Part shown: piece by piece, positions 46,101 through 56,215 of the stretch | Numbering within the stretch: position 1 is the stretch's first letter | Layout: every line of letters begins with the position of its first letter | DNA from: Naegleria gruberi | Taxonomy: Eukaryota | DNA: 64,000 nt | NCBI GenBank assembly: GCA_000004985.1 | Contig: GG738918.1 | Strand: one strand, 5' to 3' | Program-made: the position numbers and the translations under genes | Notes under the pieces: model-generated | The model's database searches: none | The model's input: only the letters and a program-made list of their open reading frames with translations | Told to the model about the DNA's origin: nothing

Positions 46101-49100
46101 TGATTCAGAGGATATTTTCAAACATGAAATGAAATTACAAGGAGAAATTTCTAAAATCCTTGTCGATTTGGAAAGAGAAGATAGTTCCAAGTTGGCCAAT
46201 TTCTCGCTTTCCAGTTTGAATGTAAATCTTTATATGGGAAAGAATAGTTTATCGTGTGAAGGAGATATTGGTACTGCCTATCTTTCACAACCTAATTCTA
46301 CATCTACTTATCCATATATTCTTTCTCCAAAATATTTGGGCGATCGCTCACTTATTAGATTTGCATACAGTCAAACAGATGATGAGCCAGTAATGAATAT
46401 AGAAAATTCAACCCGTGTTGTAAGAGGTTTCACCGAAAAGAAATCACTAAAGCTTGCAATGGCTTCAATTCAATTCATATTCATCAGCCAATTTATTGAG
46501 GACATTCAGAGTTATTTCCAAGATGGTCCACTATGGGAAGCTTTGGAAAATGGTGGAAAAATGATTAGTGACTATTCAAAAGAATTGATTTCTCAACAGG
46601 ATAAGAAATTGGAAATTATTTCTATGGACATTAAGGTGGAAGATCCAGTTGTTATTGCTCCAATACAAGACAATACTTTCACAGTTCACTTGGGAAATAT
46701 CAGATTAACCAATAAGGGAGACTGGGTTGAGAATGGAATTCCATGTGATAGCTATTCAATGATTTTCAATAGGATGAATTTACAAACTAAAATTAATGGA
46801 ATTGAAAAGACAGTGACTTCTCCATTCAATGTTGCTCTTGGATTGAAAAGAGTTCTCAAGAAGGATCACTTTCCAAGCATGTATTTGGATATTGAAATTG
46901 TACCAAAGGTTTTATTCACTTTGGAACATGCTCAGTATTTACTCTTGTTTCAACTTATTGATTCTTTCAATAAGAAACCAAGCGAAAGTAACGAAAAGAA
47001 ACAAGCAGAAGATTTGGAAAAGAAGGATAGTCTAACACTAATTGCTTTTATTAGAATCAAGTCCTTTGAGTTGGATGTAAAATCAGTAGCTGAGAATACT
47101 GATCTGGCCAAGTTGGAAGTTGAAGATTTCCAAATGAGATATTTCAAAGAACAATCTGGAGACAATATGCAATTCCTTGTCAAATCAATAATTGGAACTG
47201 ATCTAAGAGCTGAAAAGAATGAATATTTCACACAATTTATCACCACTCATTCCAAAACTACCAAGTGCTTGTCAGGTTCAATGATTACAAGAGGAAAGAA
47301 GAATGAAATTTCCCTCCAGATCAATAATCCAATTGTTACAATTATTCCTCAAGTATTTAAGGAGCTGCAAGAGTTCTTCTCCACAATGAAACTTGCTACA
47401 GAACCTCAAGAGGAAAAGAAACCAGAAAAGGAAATTAAGGAAGATGATTTAATGATATCTGTCAAATGTAACGATATTCGTGTAGCTCTTCCTGCCAATA
47501 ATTTCAATCAATTAGCATTCGTAATGAGATGCAAACAATTCTCAATGGAAGATATTCACAATTTCAATATTCATGATTTGGATCTTTCATTCCAAAAGAA
47601 TAGAAACAAATATGATGAGTACACCAACTATATTCTTCATCCAATTAGTTTGAATGTGAGCTATACGGATACTTTAATTATTCAGACAACTAGGGCAATT
47701 AATATTCGTATTTCAACAAGTATTATTCACCAAATTAGACAAGTTATGGACATGTTTACTTCTGAACTTTCCAAAATCAAAAAGACAACTGAAACCAAAT
47801 TGCCACCTTATCAAATTAACAACTTGCCTAATAATAAGGTAGATCTTTCGTATTTCGCTAACTTTTTTGCAAGTTTCAACCAAGAAACCAGATCTGAAAC
47901 CTTTAAATTTGAAGCATATCTAGTGTCAGGAATTTCCATTCTACTTGTCACTGATCGAAATGAAATTGACTTGCCAGCTCTACAACTCGATATTGAACAA
48001 GCGATCATTTCTGATTTCATTAGAATATCCAACATTCAACTATTGTGCTTCAATTTAAACTATGGAGTTTGGGAATCACTTGTGGAACCATTCACAGTTT
48101 CTGGATCTAGAAAAGGAAGCAATTACATTCTTGATATTCCAAAATGTTTATTGAATTTCAATAAGAATACATTCGAAATATTCAAATCTATAATGGAAAG
48201 TAAGGAAAGAAGTGTCATTACGAGAACTTTCTATCCAACAATTGTCAGAAACATGCATCCAACACCAATTACTATTAATGATCAATTACTGGAAGATGGT
48301 CAGGAATATATTGTGCAGGGAGAAGTTTCTTCTATTAGTTTCATTATTAATAATCAAACTTTCGTATTCTCCTTAAAGAAGAAACCAGGAACACATATTC
48401 TATCCTCTGAATGTTTACTCACTGTGGAAATTGTTGATGGAACAAGTTATTTTACCATTCATTCTTTGTATTCCATTGAGAATCAAACAGATGTCACCTT
48501 TGAAGTGTTGTACAATTCGAAACGATGTGGAAAACTTTCACCTAATCAAGTGAAATATCTTCCAAATGCTCCATTTGACAAGACCAATTTGAAAATTAGA
48601 CCATCCTATAGTGACGAGTACATGAGTCCAACATTCGAAGATCAAAATTCATCTCAATTCATCTTTATGAATAAGACTTCCAGTTTCTATTGTGAGTACG
48701 TGGAAGATATTGGACGAAACATGAAAAATTTCACAATTTCTCCACCTCTCAAACTAGAAAATAGAACTCCTATTGAATTGGACATGGAAATTAATGGAAA
48801 GAAATTTTCCTTACAAAAAGAATCCTCACTCTATTACTACTATGCCAATAAGGATTTCTCTGTGAACATTCTGACGAATAATCCTTCATTTAGTGATCAA
48901 TCATTCAGTGCCACAACCAGCAAAACCATGCAAATTTGTACGAATGGTAAAACTATTCCTCAAAAGCAAGAACCTAAAAAATCAAAATCATTTGCTGAGA
49001 TTGTCATTCGTGCACCTTTTTGGATTTTCAATGATTTGGAATTACCTATCAATATTAATGGAATTAATATTCTACCATTCAATTATACTACTATGAACAT

Positions 49101-51360
49101 CAATAATTTGACCATTTGTAGAGATGATAAAAACAAATTTACACCTAATTTGGATAAAATTCCACATGATACCATGGATTTGTGGAAATTAGGAGATAAA
49201 AGAATGGTTTACTATTTGAGAGAAACTGATGAGAGTAAATACATGTACCTCAGAGAAAGATATTACATTAGAAACAATACCAAATTTGATTTAAACATTA
49301 CTTTCGAGAAGAATTCATTCTCAGTCGCTGCAGGAAAGACACAACCTTATTCACATTACAATGATTCACTTCCTAAAATGAAAATCACTTTGGGAGAAGA
49401 GGAAAATATTGTGGAAACTAAATGTCAACAGGAATTGTCACTCAAATTTGGAAAATTCCTAAATGCCAAGCTTTTACTTAAGGAACAGGAAGGTTCAATG
49501 TTTGTGGTGATTAATGAAATACTATTGCCTGAATTTTACGTGGTCAACTCTACAGATTTGGAAATTGTAATTGATAAGGAAGGATTAGCTCCAAAAAATA
49601 TCAAACCCTATCTCAACATGCCCCAATCTGTTATAATTGACACCATTTCAGAGATTATCACCCTTAATAAGATTACAATGAATAAGGAAACAATGAAAAA
49701 GGTTGGAGATGAAGAAATTTATTACACACTCATTCCATATCAACAAGTAATCATTCTCCACATTCACAAAAAGAAAAAGACTGAGGAGAAGGATTATGAA
49801 CTGGCAGTAGATGTTACTTTCTATTCTATTGGAATTTCGATTATTGGTGAAAGTCAGGAATTGGCTTTTATTCATTTTGATCAATTATTTACTAAATTTG
49901 GAATGCTCAATACTCAATTTTGCGTTTATACTAAATTGCGTGGACTCCAAGTTGACGATCACAATGAACAAGAGGTCAACCCAGTTCAATTTGTGAATAT
50001 CAATTCTTCAGAGCAGAGTTTCATTGAATTTACAATAGAAAAGAATGGAAACTATTTTGAAACTGTTTCAGTAACTATCAGAGAAATGTTATTTAGCTCT
50101 AACAATATTTTCATTCAAAAGATGAGTGACGTATTCGCAAGTGCCATGAAACAAATGAAAGCAGTCCAAGAAACAAAACTAAATCAATTCTTGCAATATT
50201 TTGAAGTAGAGGAAAGTGAGAAAATGTTCTTTGGAAAGTTTGAACTCAATCCATTGAAAGTCGATGCTTCTTTCAAGGTGAAACCTTCCAATGATTTGAA
50301 ATACGATTTGGTTTATATTCTTTCCTCTTATGGAACTAAATTTACACACATTGAAAATGCCATAATTAGAATTTACGATTTCAAACTTCCTCAATCCTCA
50401 TTCGTTACCATGCAAGATGTTATGGAAAGAGTTGGAAAACACTACAAACGTCAAATCAAGTACAATTTATTGTCAATTATTGGATCGTTGAATACTTTTG
50501 GAAGTCCTATTCAATTATTTGGTGATTTGGCTTCAGGAGTTACTTCTCTATTTTATGAACCTGCAAATGCCATCACTGAAGGCCCACATATGTTCTTATT
50601 GGGTGTTGGTAAGGGATCTGTTGGATTTATTTCAAATTCTGTCAAGGGAGTAACTGGTTTCACATCAACAATTACAGGAACAGTTGGAAATACGCTTTCA
50701 ATCTTTACACTTGACAGAGATTTCGTCGAGAAGAGAGACAGGATTATGGAAAGGAAACCTGCCAATATTTTCCAAGGTATTGGACAAGGTATGCAAGTTC
50801 TCTTCACAGGACTCATTGATGGAGGTGTTGGAATTATTGCTCAACCAATTAAGGGAGCTAGAAAAGAGGGAGCTTTGGGATTGGCTAAAGGAGTTGTTCT
50901 TGGAATTGTTGGAATTCCTACAAAGCCAGTAGTTGGTATGATTGATTTTAGTATCAAGCAAATGCAAGGTATTCGAAACTTTAATCAATCATCACTTCAC
51001 AAAATTAGAGAAAATCCAAGAATGTTATTTAACGGAGTGATTAAACCATACAAGGAAAATATGGAATTGTTTTTGAGATTAATCCACAAATCCCAACAAT
51101 CAATAGAGTTTAATATTTTAATTCCTTTAGGAAAGACCTTGGCAATCACCAACAGACATTTGCTCATTCCACAATCAACCAACTCTAATGCACTTCAGGT
51201 TGTTGAATTGAATCAAGTGGAAGCTATTGAACAAGTAGATGATGATAATGTCAAGATTAGAGTGGCAAATCAAACAAGTTATTGTGTTTATTTGAATGTG
51301 GAGGCAGCTACTGTTCGTGCCTTGGTTGATAAGATGTTACGTGAGTTGAGTACTAATTAA
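43195..51360 (+). CDS. VPS13: VPS13-family lipid-transfer protein (chorein-N domain), ~2720 aa single ORF
   Basis: N-terminus MFESVVAKVLTATLGDYIENLDKQSLSVGVWNGKFKLTDLIVKRSALDLLDLPFSVVNGTVGLIEADIPWKS matches the VPS13 chorein-N consensus (MLESxVAxLLNRxLGxYVENLxxxQLxxGIWxGxVxLxNLxLKxxALxxLDLP...). The size and long beta-rich repeats fit VPS13. The true ATG is at 43195; the track start is a TTG. Confidence 0.75.
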   Translation: MFESVVAKVLTATLGDYIENLDKQSLSVGVWNGKFKLTDLIVKRSALDLLDLPFSVVNGTVGLIEADIPWKSISTSSIKVRLSDIMLVVQPRRCEKIDETSERKRQRMVKQRKLTQYELRRKSENEVSNAASQATTTNQTEETNEKNEKNEKKQEGFVSRLTETIINNLQIEINNIHVRYEDDSDERFKVVMGATLESLSMSSCDVNWQESFLATTAKTFFKKLTLRNLSVYMNNNETELFSLMKNDLDNRKFIEHMRNIIVEKKNYRRFVLSPVNGELLLCMQKDEALDLERPRISAELRLESVNATLDERQYRNIQSTLDYITQFMEKPFDRPMFNSQNECQQYLSQSTDEKVTQFKNYMLMFKRSKKVAWLQPLTKDEAEKLLELEDFIHVDDIMKLREAAYLEIQIEEQKYKQKKKESSYWSKWFGSIDKTIEVTEEDRVEFSKLFGLEEDKGPSFILPPHFVNFALKVKINTIGVKLRNASTRTAAPDSVAVFELTQLLVDFKLRVEGFNVEVSLGGVSGVDNFSTRNEQSISEYYNFVKTNSVGNFVEFKMDSNPMNGVEQMDCKVGNLNVVLNLSLIQKMLSIFILPKYLQRSQFTAPSLPDTLKITKKILNAELDSISVIIPDTLSGKEYFQAHLGHSKLTKINEKIDISLTPIKLLHIGEAEDFTIIQPTDFSISMVQTIDQNLIDVKSTPLMVDVNPQVVTQLVRLGDTVSHFTNNPFGSSKESILIVNNVQMKLPKQEELSSAHIQLHDDGRLLVFKEESSLAPSHNIYFNTVQFHTETNSFKVVDFEFVLSNAKTFEEWKKNLESLLNKSISKAPLPPAIETIVNFSLDSIVLRALNDSSSSEVVAMAQANGLHTNVLARPNDNQVKVTLREITLHDGNQRKIFFSDHSTNIIEISIILCSNKESEFASQHSSKMFLNIKLSDMNLIFNTGIITKLFLFSKKINFEKESPIVMITEDDSEDIFKHEMKLQGEISKILVDLEREDSSKLANFSLSSLNVNLYMGKNSLSCEGDIGTAYLSQPNSTSTYPYILSPKYLGDRSLIRFAYSQTDDEPVMNIENSTRVVRGFTEKKSLKLAMASIQFIFISQFIEDIQSYFQDGPLWEALENGGKMISDYSKELISQQDKKLEIISMDIKVEDPVVIAPIQDNTFTVHLGNIRLTNKGDWVENGIPCDSYSMIFNRMNLQTKINGIEKTVTSPFNVALGLKRVLKKDHFPSMYLDIEIVPKVLFTLEHAQYLLLFQLIDSFNKKPSESNEKKQAEDLEKKDSLTLIAFIRIKSFELDVKSVAENTDLAKLEVEDFQMRYFKEQSGDNMQFLVKSIIGTDLRAEKNEYFTQFITTHSKTTKCLSGSMITRGKKNEISLQINNPIVTIIPQVFKELQEFFSTMKLATEPQEEKKPEKEIKEDDLMISVKCNDIRVALPANNFNQLAFVMRCKQFSMEDIHNFNIHDLDLSFQKNRNKYDEYTNYILHPISLNVSYTDTLIIQTTRAINIRISTSIIHQIRQVMDMFTSELSKIKKTTETKLPPYQINNLPNNKVDLSYFANFFASFNQETRSETFKFEAYLVSGISILLVTDRNEIDLPALQLDIEQAIISDFIRISNIQLLCFNLNYGVWESLVEPFTVSGSRKGSNYILDIPKCLLNFNKNTFEIFKSIMESKERSVITRTFYPTIVRNMHPTPITINDQLLEDGQEYIVQGEVSSISFIINNQTFVFSLKKKPGTHILSSECLLTVEIVDGTSYFTIHSLYSIENQTDVTFEVLYNSKRCGKLSPNQVKYLPNAPFDKTNLKIRPSYSDEYMSPTFEDQNSSQFIFMNKTSSFYCEYVEDIGRNMKNFTISPPLKLENRTPIELDMEINGKKFSLQKESSLYYYYANKDFSVNILTNNPSFSDQSFSATTSKTMQICTNGKTIPQKQEPKKSKSFAEIVIRAPFWIFNDLELPININGINILPFNYTTMNINNLTICRDDKNKFTPNLDKIPHDTMDLWKLGDKRMVYYLRETDESKYMYLRERYYIRNNTKFDLNITFEKNSFSVAAGKTQPYSHYNDSLPKMKITLGEEENIVETKCQQELSLKFGKFLNAKLLLKEQEGSMFVVINEILLPEFYVVNSTDLEIVIDKEGLAPKNIKPYLNMPQSVIIDTISEIITLNKITMNKETMKKVGDEEIYYTLIPYQQVIILHIHKKKKTEEKDYELAVDVTFYSIGISIIGESQELAFIHFDQLFTKFGMLNTQFCVYTKLRGLQVDDHNEQEVNPVQFVNINSSEQSFIEFTIEKNGNYFETVSVTIREMLFSSNNIFIQKMSDVFASAMKQMKAVQETKLNQFLQYFEVEESEKMFFGKFELNPLKVDASFKVKPSNDLKYDLVYILSSYGTKFTHIENAIIRIYDFKLPQSSFVTMQDVMERVGKHYKRQIKYNLLSIIGSLNTFGSPIQLFGDLASGVTSLFYEPANAITEGPHMFLLGVGKGSVGFISNSVKGVTGFTSTITGTVGNTLSIFTLDRDFVEKRDRIMERKPANIFQGIGQGMQVLFTGLIDGGVGIIAQPIKGARKEGALGLAKGVVLGIVGIPTKPVVGMIDFSIKQMQGIRNFNQSSLHKIRENPRMLFNGVIKPYKENMELFLRLIHKSQQSIEFNILIPLGKTLAITNRHLLIPQSTNSNALQVVELNQVEAIEQVDDDNVKIRVANQTSYCVYLNVEAATVRALVDKMLRELSTN

Positions 51361-51362
51361 TG

Positions 51363-51620
51363 TTATAAATTGTAAGGATTAACAGGTTGAGTGGTATCCT
51401 CATCCATTCCAACTGCTGATCGAGTTTTCCTCTCCAAATCCTCTTCTCTTGTTGTTCTTGCTCTCGTTCCAACTGCAAACTCTTCTTCCAGTTCGTGTTG
51501 CATAGACTCGAGATTGGTTTCTTCAGATATTGAAGGAGGTGTTTGTGGCTTTTCCAAAGTCGTTTCCTTATGCTGATGCTGTTTGTTGGATATGTTTGAA
51601 ATGTTGGATACGTTCGACAT
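51363..51620 (-). CDS. Small acidic hypothetical ORF (85 aa)
   Basis: ATG-initiated ORF sitting convergent with the VPS13 3' end. An alternative-frame ORF on the same strand (51353..51730) overlaps it. Coding status uncertain. Confidence 0.2.
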   Translation of the reverse strand: MSNVSNISNISNKQHQHKETTLEKPQTPPSISEETNLESMQHELEEEFAVGTRARTTREEDLERKTRSAVGMDEDTTQPVNPYNL

Positions 51621-51674
51621 TTTTCTTTGTAGATTTGATTAATAATTATTAATAATTTTTTGGGAATTTTCCAT

Positions 51675-53060
51675 TTAGAGTTTTGACAAATAAAGTTGAT
51701 TGTGTTCTCCAAGTAATGGTCCAAATTCATTCATAGGTTGTAACTCCTCTGATTGATTTCCACTGACAGTCAGTTGAATTGATTTGTAATCGAGTGCATT
51801 CTTCACCAAATTGCTGGAAGTCAACATGTTTCGTTGTTGTAATAATTCTCTATCGACCTCTTTCAATTTTCTCACTTTTGTAATTGGCAATTTCAAATCA
51901 AAAGCAAAAATCTTCTCCCACTCCTCGGCGCTCTTTTGCTCGAGCACTTTAACAATTCTCTGTTTCAATTTCGAATCATTGGAAAAGAGAAATTCAACAG
52001 TTGTAAATTGTTTCCATGAATCTTTTGGATTTTCCTTATCGTGAACACTCAAAGCTTGAATAAATCCACTCCAAAAATGTGGTTCCAAACATCCAACAGC
52101 TAATTGTCCAGATTTTGTTGGATAGATATTATATCCAAGAATGGATCCACTTAAAACACTTCGTCCTTCACTTGCCATCTTGTCAAAACCATTCAATGTC
52201 AAGGAAAGTGGCATTTGAATTGCAGAAATGGCATTATCAAACATGGAAATATCAATAACTCGATTCATTCCTCTCAAGATTCGTTCTCTTTCTTCTGTAG
52301 ATTTTACAGAATAATTTAAAGCTTCAATTTTTCTAACCATGGCCACAACTTGCAAAGCAGAGCTGTAACCTGTCAATACATCAGACAATTGAATAGGCAG
52401 TGGTTTCAATTGCTTGTTCTTTTCACTCACATCTCCAGCAACATCAAATACACCAGCAGATCCAACAGCATTCATATCATGAGCTGGAATATCCGAATAC
52501 TTTCCAATATCTTGTCCGAAAGCAGAAATCCTACAAATTATCAATTGCAAATTCTCCTCCAACAATTCCTCAATCTTTCCAACACCCAATAAGCTTTCCA
52601 ACTTTCCAGGTCTTGAACTATCAATCAAAACCTTCACAGCCTTTCTCCTCTGATCGCCATCATCATTATCATTGGAATAACAACAAATTAATCGTTTCAA
52701 CTCTTCTACGTGTTGCTTCTTTTTAAAATTCAACGAAATGGCCTGTTTTCCTCTATTAAAACAATGATAAATTAATCCCGATGATGATGATTTCCCAATT
52801 TCATCATTATTTAAATTATTATTTAAATTATTATTTAAATTATGACGATCGGAAGAAGAAGAAGGCTTCTTATTGGAAATTTCAGCCTTCTTCTTCATCA
52901 TCATTGTATTAGTAGTAATAGTTGTAGAATTATTAATTAGTGGAGGATAATATCTTGTTGGATCACCACCATTGGATTCATCTTCAATTTTAATGACAAG
53001 TGCTCCGAGATCGGACAAGAGTTGGCCATAGAGGACCAGGATAGAGGCGAGAAAGATCAA
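51675..53060 (-). CDS. CoA-transferase family III (CaiB/BaiF; AMACR-like) protein with low-complexity insertion
   Basis: N-terminal YGQLLSDLGALVIKIEDESNGGDPTRY matches the family-III signature GPxAGxLLADLGAxVIKVExPxGGDxxR. C-terminal ...LLGEHNQ. A 12-nt x3 tandem (ttatttaaatta) encodes NLNNNLNNNLNN at 52806..52846. Confidence 0.7.
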   Translation of the reverse strand: MIFLASILVLYGQLLSDLGALVIKIEDESNGGDPTRYYPPLINNSTTITTNTMMMKKKAEISNKKPSSSSDRHNLNNNLNNNLNNDEIGKSSSSGLIYHCFNRGKQAISLNFKKKQHVEELKRLICCYSNDNDDGDQRRKAVKVLIDSSRPGKLESLLGVGKIEELLEENLQLIICRISAFGQDIGKYSDIPAHDMNAVGSAGVFDVAGDVSEKNKQLKPLPIQLSDVLTGYSSALQVVAMVRKIEALNYSVKSTEERERILRGMNRVIDISMFDNAISAIQMPLSLTLNGFDKMASEGRSVLSGSILGYNIYPTKSGQLAVGCLEPHFWSGFIQALSVHDKENPKDSWKQFTTVEFLFSNDSKLKQRIVKVLEQKSAEEWEKIFAFDLKLPITKVRKLKEVDRELLQQRNMLTSSNLVKNALDYKSIQLTVSGNQSEELQPMNEFGPLLGEHNQLYLSKL

Positions 53061-53144
53061 AAACTTGAATATTGGAGAGCATTTAATGTTGTGATATTTT
53101 TTTTTAATATTAAATAGTGTATTGTAAAGTATTTAATCTTTACA

Positions 53145-54266
53145 AAGATCAATTTTTCTTTTCTCTAAAGTTGAGACACTTCCAAATCATAGGTATCAGT
53201 AGATTTCAATAACAGGAATGAAATACAGAAACAACAGTTATAATTTGGTCTCACCCGATAGGTATTTCCTGTTTTTTTCAGTTTCACCAATTTGTTTCTT
53301 ACAATCCACTCAGAAACATCTCTATTACAACATAATAAACTGAAAAGCAAACCAATAAACACTGCATCAATCAAGAAGAGGAACAATAACACTAAACCAC
53401 TTGGTAATAATCCTATGAATAGTGGATAATCAATTTCTGGTTTGTAAAGATAGAGTTGATAAATTTCAACTCCACTCTTAGAGCTATATGATGTCATTTT
53501 ACATTTGAGAGCTCCATCTTGATTTTTTTCCTTAATACATTCAGGGACATTGCATTCATATGAAAATACAGTGGGATATTGTATTTTGCTTTCTCTAAGT
53601 TTAACATAATAGAAATATTTCAGTCTTGTTGGGATACTATCAAACATACATCCAATACTTGTTGAGCTATTATTCGGTTGACAACATGGAAGAGTATTAA
53701 AATTATTACAACTCGAATTCCAATTAGTGTTGCATTCCACACATTCTGGATACGAAACCCTTCCAATAGTACTGTTCAAAACTTGAACAGAAGAAACAAT
53801 CCTCTCACAATCATTGAACGAACTCTCTACATGACTCGCAGAACCTAAAGCCAAGCCAAGACCTCCAACCAATAACAACATCCCCAGAATCACAACAAAT
53901 AGTAAACAAGCTGTATAAAAACAGTTGCACTCAGTAGCATATCTCATACTGTTGACAAGTCTGTCCGTGTTTTGTTCCTCGCGGTTTCGTTTGATTTCAA
54001 CTTTTTCTTCATATTCAATCCTTTTCTGATTCCAAAATTTTGGCTTTTCCGTCTCAAAAATTGAATAACATTGCCTATTGATATGTGAAAATGATGAATA
54101 ACTACTCGGAGTAATAAATTCAAGAATAATTGTCAGCTCATCATCATTTAATTTGTGAAAATTTCCCTTCACTTGCTTTCTTGTCATTTTTTTTCACAAG
54201 TTTGAACTCTACAGACCATGACAGGAGATCTTCACTTCAACAGTCAAAGAGAGAATTTCTTGTTTT
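53145..54266. repeat. Left arm of a ~1.15 kb inverted duplication (gene plus 5' and 3' flanks)
   Basis: The 5' flank 54188..54266 and the 3' flank AATTTTTCTTTTCTCT are reverse-complementary to 55050..55168 and ~56200..56215 respectively. Confidence 0.6.
53165..54187 (-). CDS. Cys-rich type-with-two-TM hypothetical protein, paralog A of an inverted gene pair
   Basis: 340 aa: MTRKQVKGNFHKLNDDELTIILEFITPSSYSSFSHINRQCYSIFETEKPKFWNQK.... Then the first TM (LLFVVILGMLLLVGGLGLALG), a Cys/N-glyco-rich segment (ECVECNTNWNSSCNNFNTLPCCQPNNSSTSIGCMFD), the second TM (LVLLFLFLIDAVFIGLLFSLLCC) and a short tail ending ...DTYDLEVSQL. Confidence 0.6.
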   Translation of the reverse strand: MTRKQVKGNFHKLNDDELTIILEFITPSSYSSFSHINRQCYSIFETEKPKFWNQKRIEYEEKVEIKRNREEQNTDRLVNSMRYATECNCFYTACLLFVVILGMLLLVGGLGLALGSASHVESSFNDCERIVSSVQVLNSTIGRVSYPECVECNTNWNSSCNNFNTLPCCQPNNSSTSIGCMFDSIPTRLKYFYYVKLRESKIQYPTVFSYECNVPECIKEKNQDGALKCKMTSYSSKSGVEIYQLYLYKPEIDYPLFIGLLPSGLVLLFLFLIDAVFIGLLFSLLCCNRDVSEWIVRNKLVKLKKTGNTYRVRPNYNCCFCISFLLLKSTDTYDLEVSQL

Positions 54267-55049
54267 GATTAATGTAGTTGTAATTTTTGAATTATCATAA
54301 TAAAATTACTGATTGTCACATGCTCAATTTACTCCTTGACTCAAACTATTCTTTGATTATTCGAATTTTGAATGTTTCGAACTCATCCATAAATTGTTCC
54401 CAATCATTTTACAATCCTTATTTTAAATCCAATCCCTCAAATTCAGTTGAAATGATGCGTGATAATAGATCATCATACGGATTTAACACTCTCACAACAA
54501 TAACAACATGAAAAAATCAACAAGTTAGGCTACTAATAATAATAATACACTATCAAAAGGTGCCACTTCAACCATTAATAATATATGTCCTTCAAAATCA
54601 AGTACCACAACAACAACCACTGCTCCATCTCCCACTCCTTTATGAATAAGAGAAAAATCTAAAACTTCTTCATCAAATCTTCATACAAAACAATATTCAA
54701 AACAATCCATTCAAAAAAATAATCTTAATAAGTTATCAAGGCTTCCGTTGGATTGTATTTTTTATATGTTAGAATTTGTTGGTCAATATTCAAATACAAC
54801 CAAAGGCTAATAAGAATAATAAGGAAATGTTAAATGATTCAAAGATTTATTGGAATTTATTAAAGATTGGTTCGGAAGATTTTCATAAACCAAAAAAATT
54901 TCCAATTTAATAGAGTGGATCAAATATATCTTGAAACATTGAATTATATAGTTACCGTTGATTTTAAAATTTGGAAATGGAAATATTCAATGCATAGGAA
55001 GATTTTCACGTGGCTAGATTTCTGTTAAAATCTTCATACCACTACCCTA

Positions 55050-56215
55050 ACAAAACAAGAAATTCTCTCTTTGACTCTTGAAGTGAAGAAGATTGTCAAT
55101 CTCCTAGCATGGTCTATTAAGTTCAAACTCATGGTGTTGTGTTGGTTCAAACTTGGTGTGAAAAAAAAATGACAAGAAAGCAAGCGAAGGGAAATTTTCA
55201 CAAATTAAATGATGAGCTGACAATTATTCTTGAATTTATTCCTCCGAGTAGTTATTCATCATTTTCACATATCAATAGGCAATGTTATTCAATTTTTGAG
55301 ACGGAAAAGCCAAAATTTTGGAATCAGAAATGGATTGAATATGAAGAAAAAGTTGAAATCAAACGAAACCTCGAGGAGCAAAACATGCACAGAATTGTCA
55401 ACACTATGAGACATGCTGCTGAGTGCAACCTTTTTTACATGGTTTTGCCTTTATTAATAGTTACGATTCTGGGGATGTCGTTATTGGCAGGAGGTCTTGC
55501 CTTGTCTTTTAGTTCTATGAGTCATGCAGAGAGTTGGTTTAAGGATTGTGAGAGAAATGTTTCATCTATTCAAGTTTTGAACAGTACTATTGGAAGGGTT
55601 TCGTATCCAGAATGTGTGGAATGCAACACTAACTGGAATTCAAGTTGTAATAATTTTAATATTCTTCCATGTTGTCAACCGAATAATAGCTCAACAAGTA
55701 TTGGATGTATGTTTGATAGTATTCCAACAAGAGTGAAATATTTCTTTAATTTTACAGTTAAAGATTACAAAGAAATGCATTATTCTTCAGTTTTTTCATA
55801 TGAATGCAATGTCACTGAATGCATTAAGGAAAATTATCAAGATGGAACTCTCAAATGTAAAATAACCTCATATAATACTAAGCGTGGATCATTTTATCAA
55901 CTATATGTATACAAGCCAGAAATTGATTATCCACTGTTTATAAGATTATTACCCAGTGGTTTAGTTTTATTGTTCCTTTTCTTGATTGATTTAGTGTTTA
56001 TTAGTTTGCTTTTCACTTTATTTATCGGGTTTACTTGTAAGAGAGACATGTTTGGATGGATTGTAAGAAACAAATTGATGAAATTGAAAAAAATAGGAAA
56101 TACCTATAGGGTGAGGCCAAGTTGTTGTTGTTTCTGTATTTCATTCCTGTTTTTGAAATCTACTGATACCTATGATTTAGAAGTGTCTCAACTTTAGAGA
56201 AAAGAAAAATTTGGC
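55050..56215. repeat. Right arm of the inverted duplication; spacer between the arms ~54267..55049
   Basis: The reverse complement of 55050..55168 aligns to 54188..54266 (TTTTCACA.GTTTGAAC...CATG..AGGAGAT...CTTCACTTCAA.AGTCAAAGAGAGAATTTCTTGTTTTG) with indels. Confidence 0.6.
55169..56197 (+). CDS. Cys-rich two-TM hypothetical protein, paralog B (inverted copy of 53165..54187)
   Basis: Collinear with paralog A at roughly 75-80% amino-acid identity. It starts MTRKQAKGNFHKLNDELTIILEFIPPSSYSSFSHINRQCYSIFETEKPKFWNQK and ends ...DTYDLEVSQL. The true ATG is at 55169. Confidence 0.6.
   Translation: MTRKQAKGNFHKLNDELTIILEFIPPSSYSSFSHINRQCYSIFETEKPKFWNQKWIEYEEKVEIKRNLEEQNMHRIVNTMRHAAECNLFYMVLPLLIVTILGMSLLAGGLALSFSSMSHAESWFKDCERNVSSIQVLNSTIGRVSYPECVECNTNWNSSCNNFNILPCCQPNNSSTSIGCMFDSIPTRVKYFFNFTVKDYKEMHYSSVFSYECNVTECIKENYQDGTLKCKITSYNTKRGSFYQLYVYKPEIDYPLFIRLLPSGLVLLFLFLIDLVFISLLFTLFIGFTCKRDMFGWIVRNKLMKLKKIGNTYRVRPSCCCFCISFLFLKSTDTYDLEVSQL

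Noticed and set aside
53145-56215. Inverted repeat interpreted as a DNA transposon with terminal inverted repeats
   Set aside because: Each arm contains a complete cellular-type gene with conserved protein sequence. No transposase, no target-site duplication and no short TIR at the outer ends could be identified. A segmental inverted duplication explains it better.
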